Assembly: GCA_964106915.2 (NCBI GenBank)
Contig: OZ066919.1
Origin: Podarcis gaigeae
Taxonomy: Eukaryota
Direction: 5' to 3' (one strand)
Length of the DNA stretch: 64,000 bases
Made by a program: the position numbers and the translations under genes. The notes beneath the pieces were generated by a model, which was given only the letters and a program-made list of their open reading frames with translations, was not told the DNA's origin and ran no database searches. Shown in pieces: positions 1 to 13,461 of the stretch (the stretch's first letter is position 1; every line of letters begins with the position of its first letter).

Positions 1-590
1 ATAAAACATTTTCTAGAAGTCCTCACCACAGAAGATTTTAACTAGCTGCCTTAGGTCCCTTTCAAGGGAAAAAGCAGGGTATTAAAATATATAACAACAA
101 CACTCTGAGTTCTGTTTTCACTTTCAAAAAACCTGCCAGGAAATTAATTTCCAGAATCCCACAACAGTTTAATCAGGGCATTCATTCCCACAGCAATGGT
201 CTCTAGCTTCTATAAAATTCAGTTATAGAAATTGAGAGAAGCACCAAGGTAGTGACCAATTCTAAAGAGCCTCTCAAAAGGCACCAAGATGATAAGAAGT
301 TTGGGCTGCTATTATTTGGGCAAGAGGATGCAAGAACTCTCACTTCAAGGCTAAAGAGTGTCAGAACTATCAAAGCTGCAGTTATAAGTATGAGATCTTT
401 AAAGATGCATCTCAAAGGCATCTGTTTGGGTACTGTGAGAACAGGATGCTGGACTAGACAAGCCACTGGCCTGATCCAGCAGGCTCTTCTTATGTTCTTA
501 TGCAAAGACATGAATCCCCTATGAAGAAGCAGCTATTAGCCTTGTAGTTTCCATACTGTAGATACAGGTGGAAAATGCTTGCCTTTATCA

Positions 591-752
<162 letters not shown>

Positions 753-1214
753 CTATACCAAGATTGTCTCCATATAGCAAACAATCTGCTTGTTTTAGCA
801 AAAGCTAAAAGAGGTTTGTAATGGCACACAAGAATTTTCCTGTTCTTTTTGGTATGACATTGTATATGAATGCCTGGATAGAATAACTGCTCTACAGAGT
901 GTTTTAGAATGAAGAGCTGGTATGGAATTAGCTATTAATCCTTTGTTAGAGAAGTATTAATAGAAATCTTTGTCCATACTTGCCCACAACTTACTACTAT
1001 AAGAATAACTTTATAACTGAGAAATGTAGTGTTCCATTTACATTAGGAGGCACCAGCTGCTTTACTACACCTTCATAACAGAAAGATTAGGGACCACGTG
1101 TCAATTGCAGAACTGTCATTCTTGTCTCTTTTACCTCTGTTCTTCCACCAGGGAACTGCAGTAAAGAGTGTTTTATAGGACAAAAAAACCAAGATCTGCT
1201 TTTTTCAGATCTCA

Positions 1215-1427
<213 letters not shown>

Positions 1428-1984
1428 CTATAAACTTGACCTATTGTGATTCGGCAGCACCTAGAGACTTGAGCATTCTATCCTCCGACATGGCCAAGGA
1501 GGAGGGGTGAAAAATGGATTTAATTTACCCATTTCTGGCTTGTTATGCATGAAGTAGGAATTGTGGCTTGAAAAAAAGTAGTCAACTGCAACACAAACCA
1601 TAGTCAAACCATGGTTTATGAAGCAGGCTTGCTTAATAAACTACAGGATTTATTTTAAAACAAGCTTCCTAATTTGAACATAAAAAGCTATTAGGAAAAA
1701 TGGTATTTAATTCTGTGTTTTTTCTCCTCTCGGCCATACAGGAGGAGGAGAGGGGAATCCTCAAGCCCAAGGTTTTGCTCAGACTTACAGAAGCACATAG
1801 TTTAGAGTTACATGCAAACCAGTCATGGGTATGCATGGCAGCCAAAGTGTTAAAATAGTTGGATTATTTTGATCTATGGAGCATTGTGTGGTGTTCTGCA
1901 CAGAAACTGGCCTTTCCTGGCTCTCCTCCAGCAATTGATCCTGCTCCAAATAGCTAGTCCCAGAACCCTCCAAAAGAGCATATA

Positions 1985-2198
1985 CAGTGGTACCTCGGGT
2001 TAAGAACTTTATTCGTTCTGGAGGTCCGTTCTTAACCTGAAACTGTTCTTAACCTGAGGCGCCACTTTAGCTAATGGGGCCTCCTGCTGCGGCTGCACGA
2101 TTTCTGTTCTCATCCTGAAGCAAAGTTCTTAACCCGAGGTAATATTTTTGGGTTAGCAGAGTCTGTAACCTGAAGCGTATGCAACCTGAGGTACCGTG
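1985..2198 (+). mobile_element. Tc1/mariner-type MITE (CAGTGGTACCTC TIR family), copy 1, right TIR damaged
   Basis: TA|CAGTGGTACCTCGGGTTA...; near-identical to 3 other copies in window. Confidence 0.85.
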
Positions 2199-3950
2199 CA
2201 AATGGCATATTTTGGTTCAGGGCCATGTTATTCTTTAAGGAGCTACAAAGACCAACTATTTACTTAACTAATAAACCACAAACTAAATTAAGAGTATGAG
2301 CTTTCACAGGACTGGAGTTTGATTCATTAGATGTTAAAAGGTCATTGCCTGTTTAAGGAATTGCCTGAAGGATCTCTATGTATGTTCCCAAATAAGTTAA
2401 ATTAAATGATGGACAGAACATGAAATGGCAGAACAAGAACTGATAGAGCAGTTATGCGGACCAAAATTTTCAAAGAGGCTATGGAGTCTCTCACGTTATA
2501 CACCTCAATGGGAGAAAGAAGATGGATATTCCATGGAGGTGACTTCAAACTCCAGACAACTGTACTTATATTCTTGCAATAATTCAATCTGTTATAGCAT
2601 TAGACAGAACAGACTGCACTTTAAACCACTCATGGTCTTTAAATAGTTGTTTTTTAAAAAAAACAAAACAAATGGCAAAGAAGTGGCATAAAAATAATGT
2701 TAACAATGGGGAATGAGGCAATGGGTGGGAAAGAGAAGAGAAGAGTACAAAAAACTCACGTCTTAGTCAGAATCAAATGTGCAACCATTCTGAGAATGTA
2801 TTTAAGGTATTACTTGCAATTCTAATAGATTATCAAGAGACAAACTGACTGATACAGTAAAATACAGTACAGAAGGTATTGGGGTGTCTGCTTGAGATGA
2901 CTACTGAAAGATAATCAGACCATTATTATTTTGCAGATTTATTCTGATTTCAGGTTAATGCTAGCAGTATTTGCGAATGTTTTGCATATGCAAATGATCT
3001 TGAATACATGTTCCATATATTTAATTAAGAAAAATGTTTCAATAAACATTTTTTTGCAATTTTAGATTGCAACTCTCTTATCTTTTAGTGCACGTAATCC
3101 TTTGTTTTAATCACACTCTCAACCCTTGTTCATACTGCTCTCTCTCCTACAAAACTGAGGAAGGCTTGCTGCTTTAAAAAGAGCTTGCAGCTTTGAAGTA
3201 TACAGTTTCTGGTTACAAATGTTCTCCCAACCCCACCTAAGGAATGTCATAGCAGACTACAGATATTATATTACCAATAGCTCTGCTAGTCCTTTAGAAA
3301 AGATTATTTGCATACTCCCCTATTCACTTTGAATGTTTACATGTTCAAACATTCAGGATTTATGCAAGTGTCACATTCTGTGTAACAATATGCCACGTAG
3401 GCAACTCTGAGAACAGGAACGGAGTAGACTTCCCCTTATAGATAAGGCATAACTACAATGGCATATGGTAGCCCAAGCCAACATTTGACTGTGACAAAAT
3501 TCATCATGTTATCCTGCCTGTCCATCACAATTGCACCATAAGGAGTTACTGAACTGCATCAGACGTATTTAGGTTGCACTATTGTAGCTGGTTTGCACCG
3601 ACGGAAAAAATATATTTAAAGCAGCTTACAGGCTAATAGTCTCCAACCCTGCATCAATAATATTGCCATTTATCGTTTCTATTCTGCCTAATAGCTTTTC
3701 ACCGCTATTCAAACTTTAGTGATTATGACAGGTGCTATCATAATATGGCTAGGATGCTGCTGCAATATTCAGAATAATCTTGCATTATCAATCCAATGTA
3801 TTGCCACTTACTGACACGGTATCTCACAAGGTGGCAGATACCCCCCTTTTTCAGAAGGGTACCCCATTTCCTACCAATTGCACAACAGGTAGACATGCTG
3901 CACTTGAACATACAAAGAAAACAGAGTGAAAGAAGTAACGGGCAACTTAC

Positions 3951-4009
3951 AGCTGTGGTCCCTTTTCATCAACTCCTCCAAAGAGTAGTGCCACGCCAAA
4001 TGGCCTTGA
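3951..4009 (-). CDS. PSMA5: PSMA5 coding exon 6 ([20 protein letters not shown], 59 nt)
   Basis: RPFGV motif; tccag acceptor, CT|GTAAGT donor; preceding intron only 107 nt. Confidence 0.97.
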
Positions 4010-4023
4010 CTGGAACATAATCA

Positions 4024-4224
<201 letters not shown>

Positions 4225-4707
4225 CTAAGACAAAAGAGCAGGTTGAACTGTAACATGAGAGTTTTTCCTTCACACACACACACAGAGCAAATTTACAACA
4301 AATCAAATAAAGGGTCTTACTGTTACAATGAGCAATGGTCAATTTCTTCTGCTTGGAGAGCTAGCAAGTCATTGGCTCCACTCTATGGAAGCAGCTTGGC
4401 TAAGAAGGGCTCAGCATGCTGTCCCCCAGAAACTAAAATCCTAAAATGGTCCCTAACCCCAATCCTGAGAAGACACTTCAGGATGCTGGGGCATCTTCTC
4501 TCATTATGCACTAGAGTCCTAAAATACTGGCTTTTGTTCTAGGCAGCACTGTTCCCCAAGTAACAATAATGTGTATCTCCAAACAGAACAAAGTGAGAGT
4601 GTGCTTGCCAGGGAAGAATTACACAGAAGTTTCACATGCCAATTTCATTGTGGTGCCATTAGGGAGTCACAAGAAATTGGGGAAAGAATTAATGTGATTC
4701 ATGGGCC

Positions 4708-4803
4708 ACTCCTCTTAGAACACCTATGTATAATATAGCCCAACTATCTGGTTACTGGTTACTCCTCTTAGAACACCTATATATAATATAGCCCAACTAT
4801 CTG
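4708..4803. repeat. 43-bp direct duplication with 10-bp spacer
   Basis: ACTCCTCTTAGAACACCTATRTATAATATAGCCCAACTATCTG at 4708-4750 and 4761-4803, one mismatch. Confidence 0.92.
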
Positions 4804-5456
4804 ACGAAGGCGAGATACTGTACACCAACTCTACAAATTCTATGATTCTAAGATTTACAACACATACTTTCTTAGGATGCTTTTAAACATCTCTTTAGCC
4901 ACTGGGAGCTGTTTTTCATAAACAGTTCCTATACAGGTTGGGAGATTATAAAGATCCAACCACAGCATCCTCTGGTTGGACCATTTAAACATCATCCCAG
5001 CCACAGAGAAGTCACTCATAGAGTGGTGACTCCTATGCAGTTAGGGGAATTAAGGCCCCTCAATCTTTCTTAACTACATAGAAAGGATTTATACCACCAC
5101 CTGAGCAAAATGATGGAGCTCATTGGCTAGAACAAAGAGGGCATTAATAGTGTTGGATTGTTTCAGAGTGTATGTATTTTCTACATATTAAATAAGGTTC
5201 TTCCAAAAACACAATGATAGGTTACCCTGTTACATCTTAGACTCTTTTAATATTCAGGGTAAACAGGAAATAATATATTGATAAAGGAAGAACAAGAAAA
5301 CCCTATGCTAACCTTTCAAAGTTAACCTTCAATTTTGTTTATTCCTTAGATAAAGACAGAGATTAAAGTTGCTCTATATTCAACTCTATCACCATATTCT
5401 GCTAATAAATGACTGACATTAACAAAAGGAGGAGGGGAGAGATGCAACATGGATCA

Positions 5457-5564
<108 letters not shown>

Positions 5565-6196
5565 TCAGCTTTGGATCCAATTTGCAAGAAGAAAAAAAAA
5601 AGTTTCAATTTCCCAAAAAACTTAAAATCCCTATGAAGTCCGTAGTTTAACTATACACCATGTGAAGAAGTACTTTCTTTTGTCTGTCCTGAATAAAGAC
5701 GCTTTGTCAACTCCCATTTTCAATCAAAAATTTTTGGTTTTTTTCATGCTTTGAAATCTAACCAAAAGGTCAAAGCCCCTGGATAGGTACTGCATCTTTT
5801 TCTGGTTTAACTGGCAAATGCAAAGATTTAAGATGGCAAGCCAAACTATATGTGGAATCCTTCGGCTTTCTGACAAAGTGGTATTTATTTTTATTTCAAA
5901 ACCTCATTAGCTTCTCAGATACACAAAGCAGACCCATGTCCATGAGAAGTTGAATGCTCACAAATATAGATAGTACAGAGCAGTGTGTTAGTCACTTTAA
6001 TGCAGTGTTTGAAACTCCTATTGTTCTAGGAGCATTTTGCAATAGGGAATTGCATACGTGTGAGCAGTTTCTGAGTTCTGGGCGCAATACTGTGCCTAAG
6101 ATTTCAGATTAAAAATGCAGAGTGGAAGGAAAGAACCTTTTTCTGCCTCCCCACTTCCAGCTACTCTCTGAAGACTAGAGAAGAGACCCTCTTAAG

Positions 6197-6367
6197 CAGT
6201 GATTTTTCTAAAAACATGTTTAGGAGTACTCTCATTTTGACTCAAGATAATCACCATTTTATGGTTCAAATCGGGGGAAATAAATACAATACATGGACAA
6301 AAGTACAAAGATTCACAAAATGTTTAGGGGTATGCATACCCCTGCATACCCCCAGAAAAAAGCACTG
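6197..6367 (+). mobile_element. hAT-type MITE family A, copy 1
   Basis: TIRs CAGTGATTTTTCT / AGAAAAAAGCACTG; 8-bp TSD CTCTTAAG/TTCTTAAG; homologous to 46227-46390. Confidence 0.88.
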
Positions 6368-7115
6368 TTCTTAAGAATGCTAGGGGGGATGGGCAGGGGA
6401 AGGACTAAATGAACATAATATTTTAGCTTCAGTTCATTCATTTTCAGCTTTGTATTCTCGCTATTTAAGAAGCGTGCCTAGACATTCCATAGTTCTGCCC
6501 ATAACTACGGGCACATTTAGCGCCTAGCTTTCATACCTCAGTTTCTAACACTGCCTTCATGTGCTACTAGAAATATGAAAATACCAGTGTTACATCTTCA
6601 GAGTTGATTAAAAACACAAGCAATTGTCTGTGAAGAGTAAAAAGTTAATGGTGTATTAGGGAAAAATCCATACTGAAGAGATATTACTATTAAACACAGG
6701 GAAAGGAAGGTATAAAAATGTAATGTATTTAATAATACACCCTAGTTTTCTACTGTGGTGTGTGCGTGCCTATGCATGAAACTGTCTTGAGTAGAGGACA
6801 GGCTAACATTAGTGATCCAATCAGTGAGCTTCCAGCACAGAAGCTGGCTCAGGATCAAGCGTTTACATTGCAATTCCCTGCCCTCCAAGTTCTAATTTTG
6901 GGGACACACTTTCACTAGTGAGGTCAACCAGAAGCAAGTTACAGCTGCTGCTTCCTACTTCTGCAACTATGTCCTGCTGGCCTGGAGCCTGGAAAACCAG
7001 TGACTGCCACCATTAAATATTAATTCCCCACCAAATAAAGTCTGCACATAACTTTGTAGTGTGCATTACAGGATAATTTCTCACTAAGAGACTTGCAGAG
7101 GAAGAGTTTTATTCA

Positions 7116-7340
<225 letters not shown>

Positions 7341-7409
7341 TTAGTACTACCAACCACCTTTTATATTTAGTGTATCTGATCTATATACTTAAACAAGTTT
7401 TACCTACAT

Positions 7410-8030
7410 ATGTATTATTATTCAATTTATTATCTGCCCTTCACCAAAAGGTTCCAGGGCAGGTTACAACAATATAAAATGAAGCATTAAAAATACTTAA
7501 AACAAATTACAAGCACAACTAGAGGGGGTCCTAAAACATATACAGTGGTACCTTGGGTTACAGACGCTTCAGGTTACAGACTCTGCTAACCTAGAAATAG
7601 TACCTCGGGTTAAGAACTTTGCTTCAGGATGAGAACAGAAATCACGCTGCGGCAGCGGGAGGCCTCATTAGCTAAAGTGGTGTCTCAGGTTAAGAACAGT
7701 TTCAGGTTAAGAACGGACCTCTGGAATGAATTAAGTTCTTAACCTGAGGTACCACTGTATCTCAAGTATCAAAGGCCAGGGTAAAAGGGTATTTCTTCAG
7801 CACACAATTGAAAATAAATGGTTAAGGTGCCTGGTGCACCTCTATGAAGAGGGAATTCCACAACTTAGAGACTGAAGCAAAGAATGTCCTCTCCCAGATC
7901 CCTCCCTCTAACTTCTGAAAATGGTGGAACAAACAAGAGCTTATCCATGGATAACCACACCTAAGACAATCTGTGGGGAAGGAGGCGGTCTTTCAGGTAT
8001 TTGGGGCCTAAATCATCTAGAGGTGCTTTT
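7410..8030 (-). mobile_element. Old L2-type LINE 3' fragment interrupted by a Tc1 MITE
   Basis: TTTATTATCTGCCCTTC...CCAGGGCAGGTTACAA tail motif and GAGGGAATTCCACAAC body; similar fragment at ~48070-48370. Confidence 0.55.
7543..7757 (-). mobile_element. Tc1/mariner-type MITE copy 2, inserted in an L2 fragment
   Basis: TIRs CAGTGGTACC...GGTACCACTG with TA duplication; reverse orientation to copy 1. Confidence 0.9.
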
Positions 8031-9564
8031 CCCCCTTTGATAAAGATTTTTTTTATTTCATTTATACAAAACAAATAAATAAAACAGGGAACAATCATAA
8101 CAACTCAATAATAGACACAAAAGTAAGTACAGATGCACATGGGTTAAATTACGAAACCAAAGTATGAAAAAATGTCTCTTAACACAAAGAAAGAACATGG
8201 GCATTGTTGTGAACTGGTCTTTAGCTTACTGCAAAAAATTATAATGACGCAAAGCAATGCAAATATTTTATACAAATACATTTTAATTAGAAAACAGTGG
8301 CTTATCTAAGATAAGCTCTCTACTGATGTTACATGTTAAATTTTCTCTGTCTGAACTGCAAAATAGCACACTTAGAAGCACTCAAGGATTACTGATAATG
8401 CAGTGAGCAGAAATGAACTGGGAACAGTGTTTGAAGACATGTGGATTGCAAAAGCTAAGACTTGCTCTGGCCACAGGGAGTCCCTGCTGGACTCTTAAAG
8501 CCACTAATTGTCATTACCATAATCTTTTAATGCTTCTCTTCTTAATGATGGAAGCATATTTAAGAGTAAATGTGGGATACTTAATGATGAATGCACAACT
8601 GTTGTGTCCTGATTCTAATAGGCCTGCACAAATATATTGTACTGGTTCCAATGCCCAATACAGCCCATCACTGCAAGGACTAGTGGATCCAGAATAGCTA
8701 GTTACATTAAGTAAGTCTGATTGTGTTTGTTCTTAGAAGGGACAATAATTACTGGTTTCTTAAAATTTAGTTGCATGCAGAGGATGATAGAAAGAAGTAC
8801 CCATTTAATTTAAGTGTACTGTACACAGAAGTCGTCATCTAAGGTATACAGACAGACATCAACTTTATTGCTTGACTTAATAGTGCAATCCTATTCAGGT
8901 CTCCTTGGAAGTAAGTTCCACTCAGTTAAATGAGACCTGCTCCCTTCTAGGTAAGTATGTATAGGATTGTAGTCTTAATGAGTTTAACATTTTACAAAAA
9001 TTCAAATTTAATGCAGATTAATACAATTAAAGAACACCAGGTTAGGCACAACAACAAACCCAAAGCAAGCACAGCTGCTCACAGTCTGCAACATCTAAAC
9101 TTCTATGATCTGAACAAGCAGCACAAGCTTTGGATAAAGTTGCTCAAATAAAGTTGCACCTCACTCCGAAGCTACGGCTTTGAGATTCCCCATTCAACCC
9201 ACCCAGACTTTGTTGATGACTTGCGGAAGTCATAATGATGATGATGATACTTTATTATTTATATCCTGCCCATCTGGTAGTTGGTAGTTCACCACACTTC
9301 AATCAGTATGATTTATCAGCAGAGTATGTGGGAGCCCCAGCAGAGTCTTCAGCAGAACAGCTTCCTCCAGAGTCCCTGATTATGGAAAAACTCCCCTCTC
9401 ACACAGTTCAAAGCAGTGTTAGAAGTTGGCCAGATGCCAGGCATATTTTGCAACTGGTGCGGGTCCAAGTGCAACCATGTGGAGCTCTCTGGATGCCAGG
9501 TTGGCAACTGACATCTTCAGCTGGCTAGCCTCTCCAGCTTTCTTAAGCAGGTAAGCAGAAGAGC

Positions 9565-9760
9565 TTATTTATTACATTTATATCCCAAGGACTACATGAT
9601 TTACACACACCCCGCAGTTAATCCCTACAATAACCCTGTGAGGTAGGTTAAGAGGCTGTGCCTGGCCCAAGGTAACCCAGTGAGCTTCATGACCGAGTGG
9701 GGATATGAACCCTGATTTCCCAAGTCCTAGTCCAACACTCTAAACCACTACACCACACGG
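9565..9760 (-). mobile_element. MIR-like (CORE) SINE fragment
   Basis: AATAACCCTGTGAGGTAGGTT...GCCCAAGGTAACCCAGTGAGC...GAACCC...TCCTAGTCCAACACTCTA; similar copies at ~21455-21670 and ~57205-57280. Confidence 0.65.
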
Positions 9761-10560
9761 GCTTCCTAGAGTACTTCTGCTATGGGGCAGTTATAAAAAG
9801 TAAGTAGATAAATAAATATGGGGAAAGCAAAATGTCTCTTAGAGAAGGATCTGAAATATTTTCCTTGAAGCTTGAATTTGTTTTATTCTGGATAGTTTTA
9901 CTTGATGCTTTAATGTGTTGTAAACCGCTTTGAGATTTTTTCTTTAAAATATGAAGTGGTATAGAAATGATGGTGTCCATAACCTAGGTTTAAGGTGCCA
10001 TTTGATGATTAGCTTATATATCTGAATTCCTAACATTGATTCAAAGTAACGAAGTGTTTATTGTCACCAGACATAAGACAAAGCTAAACACTATTATCTA
10101 CTATATACCGTTCTTCTGGTCTTTGCAGTCAAAATACATGCGCACAGAGAGATCCATTAACACTATCACCATGCTAGCTAAAACTGCTGTGTAAAACCCA
10201 CAGCCTCTTTCCCTGACTCTCACTGATTCTGAGTCAGACAGTGATAGAAACAAATCATTTAACAGGACAGGACATCAACATGGAGAAGGCCGTAATAAAA
10301 GAAATGTTAGAGACTATTATACCCATCTCTACATGTAGGCATATTTCCTGAACCAATGGGAGAGTGAATGAATCAGCAAGTCATACATTTAAGCTTGCTG
10401 GTGTTGCTATGGTAACCCAGTGCACCTGGCACTCTTATCTCAAAACATCCAGGGGGGTATGCTCAAGACATGAGACCATGCACTGTATAATTTAACCCAT
10501 TGTTCACATCACACCAACAGACTTGAGAGGTGGTATTTACAGAAGAGACTCAAATGCTTA

Positions 10561-10671
<111 letters not shown>

Positions 10672-10847
10672 CTATGCATGGTAACTCAAAAGTAAGTGTT
10701 CCTACTATCACAAACTGAAAAAATGAGTCAGACTCTTGGAAGTGTCAGGAAGTTTACAAACAGAAGTAAATGGTGCTATATCCTGTAAGAAGCAATAACT
10801 AGGTATGCTTCTTTCAGTGAGTGGGCAGGTGTGTAAGTGTTTAAATA

Positions 10848-10941
10848 CAGTCGTACATTGGAAGCCGAACGCCTTGGCTCCCAAACAAATCAGCTCCTGA
10901 ACAACTGAAACCCGGAAGTGAGCGTTCCAGTTTTCCAACAA
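10848..10941. mobile_element. Truncated Tc1/mariner-type MITE (CAGTCGTAC end)
   Basis: TA|CAGTCGTAC start; CpG-retaining short segment; second TIR missing. Confidence 0.45.
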
Positions 10942-12039
10942 ATAATAATAATCTACGATGCTTGTGCATCTATAGCAAAATCTACCAAGGGCCAGTGTGG
11001 GTTTTAAAGGCAGAATAAATCATTTAAAGTGAGTTGTGATTTCTATAACCACAAATGTTCTGTGTTACCTTGCATAAATGAGAGGCCACCAACCTCACCT
11101 GGGGAAAACCAAAGGGAAAAACAAGTACCTTTCAACTTCATCTTGCAGGTTTGTCAAGCTGCAACCAATTTTCCGGGGGGGGGGGGGGAGATTTAAGCCA
11201 GAATTTGGCACTTGAGAATCTGAAGTCAGAAATAAATACGAACTAAAACTAAATTTATTTTGTAAAGTGTGCACCCAAGGAAAATTCTGATACTGTAATT
11301 CTCAAGTATCACAGGGAACTGAGCAGTGTTCATTTGCTAGCTGTTCGTGGGATGTTACCTAAGATTCAACAAATTAATTTGAGACGTTCTGCATAAGTTA
11401 ATTTGCCCACTGTCTTATAAGTACAGAAGTGTTGTTTAGTTTCAGTTTATTGAGCATGATGAATCATTCATAACCTTTGTCAAATCGGTGCAACTGAAAG
11501 CAAAAGCTTGAAGACTCCATCACTATGACTAAGGAAACTTGCTGAGGCCTTGCCTCTGCAACAGTTCAGATAATACAAGGCTACCATTGCACAACACAAG
11601 TTCCGTCAGTTATAGATTGGAACTATCAAGAATTTTGCCAGCATTGAAGTACAAGGTTAACTTTGTTTATGTTTTTCTAAACAGCATACAACTTAAGGGA
11701 CACAAGCCCCTTCACAACTCATGCTTGCCTATCACTGAGAATGCATATTTAAGACAAACTGGACCTGGAGGCAGAGGGGATGGGGAGCAACAGGAAGAGG
11801 AGGTTTGTTGTGATCAGCCTACATTACTAGTAAAAATAATTGGAAACCTGCGCAGAGTCAGTAACACTCATTCTCTTACTGATGTAGCCGGTGCATTACT
11901 TCTGCAGGACAGAATTTTCCAATTTAGCCTTTATAAGTGTCTGTCCTCCACTCCCACCTGGCTGCAGAAAAAGGAAGCCCAGAAGAGGAGAGCGGGGTTG
12001 CTTCCCTCAACTTGCGACTTGCTACTGCAACTGAGCAGC

Positions 12040-12860
12040 ACAAGGGCGGGCATCCCAAGTTTATCGGCATCATCTTAAGACCACGCCGCTTCCAAGGCGA
12101 CTTGCCTTCAAGCGAGCGTGATGATGGCGCTTCCCGCGATCTCCTCTCTGGCAGGAGGTGGGTTAGGCGACTGTTCTCAAGCCCTTCGGTTGGAAGTCAG
12201 GCCCGAGGCGCTTCAGTCTCTCGAGGGGAGCAGAGACTCCCGAAGGCCACCCGCATCCCCACCCTCCATGGACCCTCGCAGGGGGAGGGGGGAGCCTGAG
12301 GGAAGGCGCCTCTAGCCGGCACCCGAAGGCTGAAGCAGACAGGCCGCCCCGCAGTGACTCAGCCCCTGACTAGGCGCAGGCCGCGCTCCCTCACATCCTA
12401 CCCGCACTCACCTGTCGTACTCCGAGCGAGTGAGAAACATGTTGGCGGCGGCGGCGGCGGCTGCACCGGAAAAGAACTGAGCGCACGCGGGGCACGGAAG
12501 TTGCAGGTCCGAGTTCGAGCCCCCACGCTAGGCCGGGGATGGCTGCGGCCCTGTCAGCACAGCACCCGGTTTCACAAACCACTGTCGCCCCGCGCATGCG
12601 TTGAACGTCACGCCGTACGCGCTGCGGCTCGCCGGCCAATCAACTTCTCGCGGTGCCGTCGTGCTATTGGTCTCAGAAACACTCGTACCGAGCCCTGGTT
12701 GGCTAATGGTTGCCATGGTCTGTGGAGGGACCTCAGGCCCGCCCTTCCTTCTACAGTATCAGCCACAGGAAATCTCCGAAGAACAAGGAGAAGCAGCGGT
12801 GGATCGAAGGTGCAACTGTAGTGCACGAGGAAAATGCTGTTTTTACTCAACGCTTATAAG
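12040..12860 (-). promoter_or_regulatory. CpG-island promoter of PSMA5
   Basis: CpG-dense; ETS/GABPA-like CGGAAGT (~12496), NRF1-like GCGCATGCG (12592-12600), CCAAT boxes (~12636, ~12666), ARE TGACTCAGC (12355-12363). Confidence 0.85.
12412..12440 (-). CDS. PSMA5: PSMA5 coding exon 1 (MFLTRSEYDR, 29 nt)
   Basis: ATG at 12440 preceded by gccgccaac (Kozak-like) on minus strand; donor AG|GTGAGT at 12411. Confidence 0.97.
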
Positions 12861-13049
12861 GCACAAGCTTATTCTGAGGGACATCGATAAACTCATCTAT
12901 CCCAGAACTGGCAAAGTAAACTCATCCATCCGACTGACAAAGGCAGTCTTATTATGATTTTGATTTAAATTTATTCACCGCTTTTCACAGTGAAAAGTGA
13001 CAAAGCGACTTGCAAATTAATTAATTTTTATAATGAAATATTTTTAGAA

Positions 13050-13136
13050 TGTGTGATTATTTGACTGTTCGATTATTTGATTGTTGTTAGCCGCCCTGAG
13101 CCCGGCTTCGGCTGGGGAGGGCGGGATATAAATAAA

Positions 13137-13172
<36 letters not shown>
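13050..13172 (+). mobile_element. Young L2-type LINE 3' end with (TAA)n tail
   Basis: GTTAGCCGCCCTGAGCCCGGCTTCGGCTGGGGAGGGCGGGATATAAATAAA followed by a TAA microsatellite. Confidence 0.6.
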
Positions 13173-13461
13173 TAAGTAAAACAAAAACAAAAAACAAAGA
13201 TAGCATACAAATCGCGTTAAAACAAAACTCTAGATTCCCAGCCAGAGGTGTTTCCCAGCCTTGCTGCCTAATGTATTTTAAGCTAAAGATGCCAAGGAGT
13301 GAAACTGGGACTTTATCCATGTGCTCTACTTATTCAGATACAGTACTCTACTGTGTCACACTGAGCTATGATAGTCTGCCAGCCCTGGATATCCCCCCCT
13401 CCCATATCTACTCAGCTGTAATAGCATACTCAAATTCATCTTGATTCAAGGACTCTGTGAG

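Noticed and set aside
8943-8956. AG|GTAAGT recursive splice site
   Set aside because: On the strand antisense to PSMA5 and part of a dispersed repeat
11175-11188. Poly-G tracts (also ~16407, ~16920, ~55736) as G-quadruplex regulators
   Set aside because: Simple homopolymers scattered throughout the window with no positional pattern; their lengths are also error-prone in assemblies
11539-12957. Plus-strand ORFs of 118-179 aa around the PSMA5 start
   Set aside because: Non-ATG starts, antisense to PSMA5 intron 1 and its promoter, no recognisable domain
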